Part shown: positions 58,201 to 64,000 of the stretch, piece after piece
Numbering within the stretch: the first letter of the stretch is position 1
How the letters are laid out: every line of letters begins with the position of its first letter
IMG/VR virus record: IMGVR_UViG_3300020183_000017
Reading direction: 5' to 3' (one strand)
Length of the DNA stretch: 64,000 bases
DNA from: an uncultured virus (IMG/VR IMGVR_UViG_3300020183_000017)
Lineage: Duplodnaviria > Heunggongvirae > Uroviricota > Caudoviricetes
Notes under the pieces: model-generated
Told to the model about the DNA's origin: nothing
The model's database searches: none
What the model saw: only the letters and a program-made list of their open reading frames with translations
Position numbers and translations under genes: made by a program

Positions 58201-59740
58201 AAGTTGGCAAGATGCTTCGATTCGTTGCGGTATGTTCGATAGCCAAAACGGAATGTTTTTCGAGTACGATGGCTCTCAGCTATATTGTGTAAGAAGAAGT
58301 TCTATTCAGCAGATATCTGGTAGAGTTAATGCAACATATCGTTCTTCTTTAATAACTGGTGAAAAGACTAAATTTACAACTCAATTGAATGTTGGTGAAT
58401 ATTTTGTTCTCCGTGGTATGTCTTACAAAATAATCGCTATTGATAGCGATACCCAAATGTATATTCAACCAGAATATCGCGGATCAACACTAACTAATAT
58501 CATTGGAACCAAGACAGTTGATACAAGAGTAGTACAATCGCAGTGGAATATTGATAAAGCTGATGGTAACGGAAAGAGTGGTTACGTAATAGATCTTAAT
58601 AAGATTCAGATGGTTTACATCGACTATTCATGGTATGGTGCTGGTAAAGTTCGTTTCGGAATTAAAGACCAACGTGGTGAGGTTCGCTATTTCCATGAGT
58701 TTGTCCACAATAACCAATTCGTAGAAGCATATATGCGTTCTGGTAATATCCCAGCTAGATACGAAGTTGTAACATTTGGTGAACCAACATTCTCTCCACA
58801 ACTATTCCACTGGGGCACATCTGTTATTATGGATGGTCGTTTTGACGATGATAAAGCATATCTATTTACTGCTGACTCTAATATTATTACGTTGACTAAC
58901 GGTGGCACACAAGTTGTTGCTCCACTGGTGCCTCAAATAATTAGAAGAAATAGTAGTACCTTTAGAGTTCAAACAATAAACTCAGGTAAGTTTATTGTAG
59001 GTTCTTCTATTTCGATTCAAAATGATCTTGGTAATAGATATTTACCAACAGGAACTTTTGTTCAATCAGTTTCAATTATTCCTTCTACAAATGAAAGTTT
59101 GGTAACACTAACAAAAAATTTTAGAGAAGATATTACTGTTGGAGGAACCCAAGCTGCGCCAACAGCCAATGGCCAAGCATTTAACTTCTTAGTTGGTGGT
59201 GGTATTACTAACCAATCTATTGCAGCGTTAACACCTGTTCCTCTTGTTTCTATAAGGTTAGCACCATCTGTAGATAATGGATTAACAGGTGGTCTAGGAT
59301 TCCGTGACGTAATTAACAGAATGCAGTTAACTCTAAATTCCTGTGGTGTTCTTTTAACGCATGAGTGTGAGATTAAACTGTTCTTAAACTCTGATCTGTC
59401 AGATAGTAATTTTATTAATAATACTGCTCCATCGTTGTCTCAGATTTATAAACATACTGCTGGCGAAACTATTAAAAATGGTATTCAGTTATTCTCATTC
59501 CGTGCTGGTGGCGGTGGTGTTATTAACACAACAACTGGTCAGCGTAGCCTAGTTCAGACAGAGGCGCAGCTTGGTGAAGTCGCGCAGTTAGGTAACTCTA
59601 TCCTTGGTGGTGATGAAACATTCCCTAATGGTCCAGATATCTTAACTATTACAGCAACACCAATTGATACGTCTACTATTAATGGATCTGCTCCATTCCA
59701 GGCTTCTGCTCGTATTACTTGGTCTGAATCGCAGGCATAA
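49256..59740 (+). CDS. giant (3494-aa) virion structural/tail protein
   Basis: Intact ORF; DPVSKLRISQPENLIDTDFEYG, IRQTRKYFRYQSGKG and HWGTSVIMDG motifs; many HGF/HGL..G modules. Confidence 0.85.
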   Translation: MAKKLLATGFRIDRDNNAIYINGNILLQRLLLITDVTTNRIIYNFADEGSGVLTREYNVDTNETKFVFRLSLAALNVVNTDILQILVENESTEIRPEDPFIDPVSKLRISQPENLIDTDFEYGLQTTKWETLKLVNNVPSFYSKNGANAISVSSVQATQGSTTVLVSAPAHGLTAGSPFEITGLSNSQFEGGYIVTSVISVNQFTYQLTFAPLNTLELSTVYTAVIPGAFYFGSQITVSDIETNGLNPSHLIVKTKFPHGFSLNTPFYFLNTVAIYRQDIPINNFNVDDTTTNEKATNSTSIAESVLDYRITSVTPYRFVGKGALYWDNTNLNTDINAPISSARIVNGGAGYVSNPVATPVFVSTAVFPTVNSVTFNATATGVVVGTGANAGRITTAAHTFVTGDRVEYHMEGAAVASLVGSTSLIRDPHRYVSSNLFMGEQSVTEGTVGYSPSAFGTGASFQGASTGQTTALLSMDTSSYYGRIEPGMEIRVFSISSTTTTAPTLLLPEGTTISSFSITGTLLQVVLEFPFPLSTGINFAATTAWHAASISSARSTIRTDNHGFVTGDRVYYRRVVTATGTVNANSPALATIGGLTDSTSYFVIRIDSSTFRLATTYVNAMRGIYIKITNIGSGAFNSVNGRFLPGHVFIASSDSLYARVLSSTTLQLHSTRNDALNNTNVITITTAGTGTAQRISAAPAVFSTTVTGSTVSSISTIDSGSSYDKNASITVSPYIETRSLNLSGFSGGTRASGTTNSLTFKTNLYDRPIYAGMLVSGTGIAAGAVVNTVSVPDVNNNIVVQISANINANITHGQLISFADNPGTTANIVPNIRVSCFNVPGHGYNLGDSLWFYNPPGNTFPSSLTACRVYFVYPIDNNNFALLTALTFPAGFTQANSNARVVLNTGTVLNDRKFVATRSFRITGNNATFVQVDADLNVSYGLNVNDAFIITNTTGNGTLGSTTITNAVDATTNNAAHTIYFARSITQSGANSLRELTFATTTTGAVVSTGARSGEVFITPIVLLAESDSIYIPNHGFLNDDYVIYTATNTSIEGVNPYTTTAGVTLAAAGFNGYLIDKVSDDRFKIKRRDTGTVVDLRGFGTGTHTFTNIKYSALANTVNKTNHGFLANQTVIYDSAGAPIVDGLRNTFEYFIRPVNIDNFRVSTTTQELAIAAVSKAVNASSMTITFNTNHSLTVGDSLIIRDNPNSYMNGYWTVATVPATPTINAAPSTITVSIPVFTNPAPAVTQNAATGVTYGIAYSYVDFAFVTARRSVITPVPAGKTFTTLKAIDRLLDKKTPSANGGGIVTNHLVRSSDVLPFESKVSAVTGVNIRTARILFKPRDILSAVRNDNVVTVTTTLQHGYNNNQTVMIQGLPTTSFNTASPVTITTTGTNTFTFAQNGSNETATIDADSIVVMALTSAQAALLSSVGHDANTGANNVTLAAGAVNATSITATVATATQISNVTKTLVANAGLVNQYTLIVPDTIDLKPGMPVVGSGINTDARILRILSPTQIELTAPNTANTTASTYTFFKIQAGQEVTQASTNLSTVAGANATANTSTFVAKAGTAALINNTYISGDRCTTTFASTAPEGNTFTVASTSNIFTESRVQTPATVSSPAPFNSNAVFSIANPSVFVTTGFTTNTTGTGVSNIRAFKADSNNDVYTFNDGRGTGILNGIRVPQHPYLTGDPVRYFTNGGNDIGGLTNGQLYYLIKANDNFIQFATSLANAQAGTAIVLTGYGSGSQQYVRGNVFWGNTSTGLNVGHHVNATQTTPTNFTTALPQGSVVLSKRTVSSAPTNSYRGVAFVVGFRDANNNLDETVYASDTYRVGTIGATTGDEAVIQTSGIRGGFGSVGNRIFCDDTTGLAVGMVPLLATNAAGTAGVLVNSPAATVVTSIAVDGKSFTVSQTPSTALFGTRLIAGAGSVSNTLACTATTSGTNVITTSGNTSNIEVNNPVIFTGAPFGTILANTVYYIKTIVSATQFTVSETISGGVAGPVKSLTTGTGTMTLRSDMVYTTSTTGIIPGMSIEMLTGVSTGGTISGGAITDNTRVVAIIDSNRFTITEAPSAQLIGARFVVGVSSSNAGAPANANVYVPSVAGFKVGQLITYISGIAGAFPAATTFATQACIQAVNNTNPLKPMITVGTMVETTGVITVGNAPSTRLQGAVIAAGIGSSTPTTSLIRVPSTVGLNTGMTVAVTAGTGTLATNGALITDINPVNNTFTVGTSPTTALSNASITGTITGAVVTGLYVSSKEPNFPENVTVTAVNGTTITISDVHGGVTSGTTVTFSPFPVGAHVTGVTGTAPNVTVTLNTPHAGIFGGTAVNFSRLPPRTFLGNIPPYVASNWPLRLEFTTPLPVAYTTENRPIVFTGSNKNLGDNVAFKSFGTHVFTRASDADGVYVVEDIPNPTTFVVATSSNIPFNTKSFGNTEVNLTENYIKIQNHKFRDGTSLIYRPGANTLIGTASYTDKDGVLQNTLVSGQTYFAVVVDPNFVKLAPTFDESISPNPNTIDLTSGTNGTQSFDTFSILGLTKGVGTVVVTENSDIVTGIGTKFLTNFKGGDVLRFYTAANPGKIFNYPISSVKSDTSIKLRNFIIPDPAVKVNLITDRTVSAGAAVTTGQQTITLSNVANLAIGYYLFDSVGVFRPNTRITAINETTRVVTLDQYLISSFANNASITIQPVFEYFISTNIYVKSNATTAHRPFDGGVTMTTGLVPDSSVIRQTRKYFRYQSGKGIQVSIAINFNPPTDCEELTSNENLAKVKVDAPHGFKSGSTNKIRITEATVPSGHNGYNGNFDIAEVLDEYSFTYVYEDTSLYGTVTNGTNTITSVWNLAGIAVGKTIKADTYSGITIPENTIITEVNTNTKVITLSNSLTGSSPTVGISSIARLNDTVTVVTSSAHGLVNGNFISISGTGVGANFNGFSAPVTVVDSTTFTYTNAGINITENAGTVIKQVRLPVYRQNGSSVAYGFPKFNLVSWQDASIRCGMFDSQNGMFFEYDGSQLYCVRRSSIQQISGRVNATYRSSLITGEKTKFTTQLNVGEYFVLRGMSYKIIAIDSDTQMYIQPEYRGSTLTNIIGTKTVDTRVVQSQWNIDKADGNGKSGYVIDLNKIQMVYIDYSWYGAGKVRFGIKDQRGEVRYFHEFVHNNQFVEAYMRSGNIPARYEVVTFGEPTFSPQLFHWGTSVIMDGRFDDDKAYLFTADSNIITLTNGGTQVVAPLVPQIIRRNSSTFRVQTINSGKFIVGSSISIQNDLGNRYLPTGTFVQSVSIIPSTNESLVTLTKNFREDITVGGTQAAPTANGQAFNFLVGGGITNQSIAALTPVPLVSIRLAPSVDNGLTGGLGFRDVINRMQLTLNSCGVLLTHECEIKLFLNSDLSDSNFINNTAPSLSQIYKHTAGETIKNGIQLFSFRAGGGGVINTTTGQRSLVQTEAQLGEVAQLGNSILGGDETFPNGPDILTITATPIDTSTINGSAPFQASARITWSESQA

Positions 59741-59749
59741 GAGGTAAAA

Positions 59750-60376
59750 ATGGCATATCTAGGAAGAGAACCAACTTACGGCATTTTTGAAGTTCAGACC
59801 CCTCCAGTGGACGGGTCTGAAACAACCTTCAATTTAGATTATAAAGTTTCTACTGCAGCATCATTGCTTGTTGTAAGAAATGGTCAAGTTCAAAAACCAG
59901 GAAGAGATTACAACATTTTAGCTGGCGGTAGTCAAATAATATTTACTACTCCACCAGTAGCAAACGGTAATGTTTTTATTATTTTCTTAGGTAAACAATT
60001 CTTAGTTTCTAGCGTTGCCGACGGTACAATAACACGAGAAAAGTTATCACAAGCGATCACTAGATCTTCAGTTGGTCAGTGGGAAGAAAAGACTTCCAAC
60101 TTTACTGCTGTTGCTGGTGGCTACTATTTCGTAAATACAGCATCAGCTTCTATTACTGTGACATTCCCATCTACAGCCTCTATGGGCGATACTATTAAAA
60201 TTGTGGATGCAGCTGGAACATTTACAACTAATATTTGCACGATTATTCTAAATGGTAAAAAACTAGCTGGATCAACAGATAATGTGGTCTTAAACGATAA
60301 CAGAGAAGCTATTACTTTTGTTTATTATAATGAGGCAAGAGGTTGGTTGTACGAAGAAAACCACAACTTTGCATAA
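59750..60376 (+). CDS. tail/baseplate-associated structural protein
   Basis: MAYLGREP; NG..QKP..DY domain; YFVNT...TVTFP...GD domain. Confidence 0.75.
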   Translation: MAYLGREPTYGIFEVQTPPVDGSETTFNLDYKVSTAASLLVVRNGQVQKPGRDYNILAGGSQIIFTTPPVANGNVFIIFLGKQFLVSSVADGTITREKLSQAITRSSVGQWEEKTSNFTAVAGGYYFVNTASASITVTFPSTASMGDTIKIVDAAGTFTTNICTIILNGKKLAGSTDNVVLNDNREAITFVYYNEARGWLYEENHNFA

Positions 60377-60403
60377 TAATAAATAAGAGAGTGGAGAAAA
60401 GAA

Positions 60404-60742
60404 GTGGCTACAATATCTAATTTATACATTGATCAGGGAACCACATTCAGCACAATTATTGACTTGACAAATCAGGATGGAAGCCCGATGAACTTAACTG
60501 CGTATACTGTCCAGTCGCAGATAAGAAAATCCTATCAATCTTCAACATTTTTTAGTTTTACAGCTTCTGTTTATGGAGACCCACTAAAAGGAAAAGTTAG
60601 GTTGCAGTTGTCTCCAACAACATCTTCCAACATGAGAGCTGGAAGATATTTGTATGATATAGAGATAACAAATACATCGACTCAGGATAAATTCAGAGTC
60701 TTAGAAGGTATAGTAATAGTTTCACCAGAGATAACAAGATGA
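60404..60742 (+). CDS. conserved structural protein
   Basis: NLYIDQGTTF, GRYLYDIE and RVLEG.V.VSP motifs; GTG start. Confidence 0.75.
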   Translation: MATISNLYIDQGTTFSTIIDLTNQDGSPMNLTAYTVQSQIRKSYQSSTFFSFTASVYGDPLKGKVRLQLSPTTSSNMRAGRYLYDIEITNTSTQDKFRVLEGIVIVSPEITR

Positions 60743-60999
60743 GTAATATAAAGGCAAAAGTCTCTCAGCAGCAAAATATTCCTGCAGTAATTAGCACTAT
60801 TGGTTCGCAGGTTCAGGTTCCTGCTGTTGGTATTCAAGGTGTTTCTGGAGCTTTACAACAATTTACAATAGAACAGGCTGCTAACGTCGACTCATCGAAT
60901 TTAGAGACAGGTTCTTTACTAATATATAACGTCCCAGCAACTAAATGGATTGCATCGAGAAATCTTGTGGCTCAAGATATGGATGGCGGAAATTTTTAA
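60739..60999 (+). CDS. small structural protein
   Basis: GSLLIYN...KW and C-terminal DGGNF. Confidence 0.7.
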   Translation: MSNIKAKVSQQQNIPAVISTIGSQVQVPAVGIQGVSGALQQFTIEQAANVDSSNLETGSLLIYNVPATKWIASRNLVAQDMDGGNF

Positions 61000-61013
61000 T
61001 CGGAGATAAGTAG

Positions 61014-63317
61014 ATGGCATCAATTATTCGAATCAAGCGTTCTGGCACTGCAGCGTCAGCGCCAACCCCATTAGCCAATGGTGAATTAGCATACTCAGCT
61101 GCAGGTGGAACGCAAGCAAATGGTGGTGACAGATTATACATAGGTTTCGGTCCAGAAACCGCAGGAAACGCTGCCAATACTTATGTTATTGGTGGTAAAT
61201 ATTTTACAGATTTGTTAGACCATGTTCATGGAACATTAACTGCTAATTCTGCAATTATTGTTGATAGCAATAAAAAGATCGATGAATTAAACATCGATAA
61301 TATTACTATCGATGGTAACAAGATATCATCTACAAATACCAATGGTAATATTGAATTAGATCCAACAGGAACTGGATATGTTCATGTTATTGGAACAAAT
61401 GGATTAGTAATTCCAGTTGGAACTACAGCACAGCAAGGTCCATTAGTTCAAGGTGCTATCCGCTACAACTCTGATATTTCTCAATTCGAAGGATACTCAG
61501 GATCGAACTGGTCATCGCTTGGTGGAGTTCGTTCAGTAGATGGGTTAACATATATTACTGCAGAAAGCACTCCTGCTCAATCTGATGACACATTAGCATT
61601 TTACACTAATGGCACTTTGGCGATGTCAATCGATACCAATAGTTTGGATATCGAAAGTAAAATTGCAACAGTTAACATTAATGCAACAACTGAATCGACT
61701 GCATACACAAATGGTGCGTTGGTTGTTGATGGTGGTGTTGGTATCGCTGGAAATTTAAATGTTCAGGGCGCATTAAATGTTACTGGTGGTCAAGCAATTT
61801 CTGGCGACTTTGCTATTAATGGTGGTGATCTATATTCTAACGTAGCTACCTTTAACCTATTAAATAAAGATTCAGAAGCATCATTAACTAATGATGGTCC
61901 AGCAACTGTTAATGCTTTCTTAGGTGCAACTGCTGTTAATATTGGTGCTAGCACTGGAACAACAACAATTAATCATAGTGGTCATGTCCTAGGCAATTTT
62001 GAAGTAGACGGAACGGCTCAGATTGATGGCGCAACAACTATCGGCGCATCTGGAACAAGAGTTGCAACTACTGTTTTTGGTACCACAGTCGCTATCACTG
62101 GTAGTAACACAACTAAGGTTGGTGTTGAAGCAGCGACTGGCACTGCAATTACGTTTGAATTAAAAGCTGATAATACTGTGGGCGATGCTCACATGGATCT
62201 TAATGTTAAGAATGACTTTACGTTAGATGCTACTGGAATCTCTATTGATTCTACAGATTCTTCTAACTTTACAATGACTTCAAACAGTGCTGCTACTAAG
62301 TCATTAGTAATTAATGCTATTAACAGTGGTTCTGGCGAGGCTGAGATTAATATCGGTTCTTCTTTAGCTGATAAATTAAATCTAACCTCTTTAACAAAAT
62401 CTACTTTAGATAGTAGCGAAGTTGAAATAAATGTAGCTACCTTAGATATTAACTCCACAGGAGTTGTAACCCTTGATGCTACAACAAGCGTTAGTGTAAA
62501 CACAACAAATATCACAATAGGAACTACTGGTGCTGGAAATAGCATTGTAGCTACTACAGCAGCAACAACTTTAAATTCTACAGCGGTAACAATTAGAGGA
62601 ACATCTGGTGCTGGAACTGATTCTACTGTAGATATCACTGGTCAAGTAAACATTGATAATATTCGTATTGATGGTAACACAATTTCTACAACAGATGGTA
62701 GCAATACTCTCTATCTTGACCCTGCTCCAGTAGCAAATAATGGTGGTACTGTTATTATTAAGGGCGATCTACAGGTTGACGGTACAACTACTACAATTAA
62801 TTCTACTCAAGTAACTATTGATGATCCAGTGTTTACTTTAGGTGGTGACACTGTACCAACATCAGATGATAACCTAGATCGTGGTATTAAGTATAACTGG
62901 CATGACGGAACTTCTGCTAAAGTAGGTTTCTTTGGTTTTGACGATTCTGCTACAGAATTTGTGTTTATCGCAGATGCAACTGACACTAACTCTGTCTTTA
63001 CTCCAGCCGAAGCTGGTGTATTCGGTAATGTTAGATTTGCTAAATTAGCATTAGTAGACTCTACTGCATCAACAACAACTTCATCAGGTGCGCTAACTGT
63101 TATTGGTGGTGTTGGTATTGGTGGACAATTAAATGTTGGTGGTTCTGTAAATAAATTTACAGGAACAACAGATTCTAGTTCAACTTCTACAGGAGTTGTT
63201 GTAATTTCTGGTGGTGTTGGTATCGCTAAAAATGTATACATAGGCGACGATCTTGTTGGCGCTGGAGCAGGAATTTCTAATTTAGATGGATTTAATATTG
63301 AAGGTGGAACATACTAA
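61014..63317 (+). CDS. tail fibre-like protein
   Basis: IRIKRS...L..GELAY N-terminus, GALVVDGGVGI repeats, C-terminal IEGGTY. Confidence 0.8.
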   Translation: MASIIRIKRSGTAASAPTPLANGELAYSAAGGTQANGGDRLYIGFGPETAGNAANTYVIGGKYFTDLLDHVHGTLTANSAIIVDSNKKIDELNIDNITIDGNKISSTNTNGNIELDPTGTGYVHVIGTNGLVIPVGTTAQQGPLVQGAIRYNSDISQFEGYSGSNWSSLGGVRSVDGLTYITAESTPAQSDDTLAFYTNGTLAMSIDTNSLDIESKIATVNINATTESTAYTNGALVVDGGVGIAGNLNVQGALNVTGGQAISGDFAINGGDLYSNVATFNLLNKDSEASLTNDGPATVNAFLGATAVNIGASTGTTTINHSGHVLGNFEVDGTAQIDGATTIGASGTRVATTVFGTTVAITGSNTTKVGVEAATGTAITFELKADNTVGDAHMDLNVKNDFTLDATGISIDSTDSSNFTMTSNSAATKSLVINAINSGSGEAEINIGSSLADKLNLTSLTKSTLDSSEVEINVATLDINSTGVVTLDATTSVSVNTTNITIGTTGAGNSIVATTAATTLNSTAVTIRGTSGAGTDSTVDITGQVNIDNIRIDGNTISTTDGSNTLYLDPAPVANNGGTVIIKGDLQVDGTTTTINSTQVTIDDPVFTLGGDTVPTSDDNLDRGIKYNWHDGTSAKVGFFGFDDSATEFVFIADATDTNSVFTPAEAGVFGNVRFAKLALVDSTASTTTSSGALTVIGGVGIGGQLNVGGSVNKFTGTTDSSSTSTGVVVISGGVGIAKNVYIGDDLVGAGAGISNLDGFNIEGGTY

Positions 63318-63377
63318 ATAGAAAAATATAATAGAGTTTTTACTCTATCTCAGTGACTGCCTTTTTTAAGGATCGTA

Positions 63378-63677
63378 ATGGCAAATAAAATTATCATTAA
63401 GAAGTCCAGCATTGCTGGAAAAATTCCACTCACTACAGACTTAGAGTATGGTGAGTTGGCGATCAACTACACCGATGGAAAACTGTACTATAAAAATGCA
63501 AATAATGTAGTCGGATTGATTGGAGGCTCTGGTGGCGGTGGTAATATTTTAAGAATTTATCAAAGAGGGGATGTACTGCAAGAAGATGCAGTAATTGTCA
63601 CAGCAACATCAGGTACACTAACTGTTGGTGTTAGACCTTCTACTAGCCCACTAGGATCCGTAGGAGTTTCAATATAA
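63378..63677 (+). CDS. small tail-fibre-associated protein
   Basis: IIIKKSS..GKIP....LEYGELAINYTDGKLYYK. Confidence 0.75.
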   Translation: MANKIIIKKSSIAGKIPLTTDLEYGELAINYTDGKLYYKNANNVVGLIGGSGGGGNILRIYQRGDVLQEDAVIVTATSGTLTVGVRPSTSPLGSVGVSI

Positions 63678-64000
63678 TGGCAAATCGTTTTCCCCTAATA
63701 GTTAAAGTAGGTCAAGTTAATACCATAGAAGAACTTGCATCTGGAGATAATCTAGATTTAACAGGTAATGGTCTTATTGTTGATACCGATAAAGTTCTAT
63801 CATTACCACAAGTTTCTACTACTCTTGTAGGAACTGATACTTCTCAAACTCTTTCAAATAAAGTATTGTCTCTACCTAAAATCGGAGACACTACTGGCGA
63901 TCATTTTTATCAGTTTGCTGTCAATGAATTAGTAGCAACAAGAAATATCACATTACCACTGTTAACTAATAACGACGAGTTTGTGTTTAAAGATCATACA
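63677..64000 (+). CDS. tail fibre-like protein, 3'-truncated
   Basis: TAATG overlap; MANRFPLIV...ELASGDNLDL; open to the window end. Confidence 0.75.
   Translation, partial: MANRFPLIVKVGQVNTIEELASGDNLDLTGNGLIVDTDKVLSLPQVSTTLVGTDTSQTLSNKVLSLPKIGDTTGDHFYQFAVNELVATRNITLPLLTNNDEFVFKDHT

Noticed and set aside
25590..63241. Minus-strand and alternative-frame ORFs within structural genes
   Set aside because: They are shadow ORFs from biased Thr/Gly/Ala/Val codon use, with no SDs or recognisable motifs
1..64000. Stop-codon reassignment, introns or inteins
   Set aside because: Conserved genes translate intact under the standard code, all three stops are used, the tRNA is not a suppressor, and no intein or intron signatures were noticed

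Overview
A 64-kb segment of a T4-like myophage genome that resembles aquatic T4-like phages; no host DNA is evident. Positions 1-14.9 kb hold small early/accessory genes behind sigma70-type promoters: an AAA-type ATPase, tRNA-Gly, a metallophosphoesterase, MazG-like, SGNH, HAD and DenV-like proteins, PhoH, ErpA, an exonuclease, a SleB-like hydrolase and ClpP. Positions 14.9-16.9 kb encode gp33, gp59 and gp32. A minus-strand block at 17-22.4 kb encodes a tape-measure-like protein, gp51/gp26-like proteins, gp16, gp54, gp2 and gp4. Positions 22.4-64 kb encode baseplate and very large tail or fibre proteins behind NNTAAATA late promoters. Main observations: (1) a circularly permuted two-piece tmRNA (tag ANDEVYALAA) about 1.5 kb from a phage ClpP that appears to have its own embedded promoter; (2) a probable -1 frameshift joining the gp26-like and gp51-like ORFs just upstream of the tape-measure gene; (3) a 20-repeat structural protein whose linker pattern is mirror-symmetric, suggesting an out-and-back hairpin rod; (4) six same-strand GGGACTCC motifs within 1.2 kb; (5) two early promoters sharing a helically phased palindrome + IHF-box + sigma70 layout. 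All calls come from reading motifs by eye; no database searches were run.
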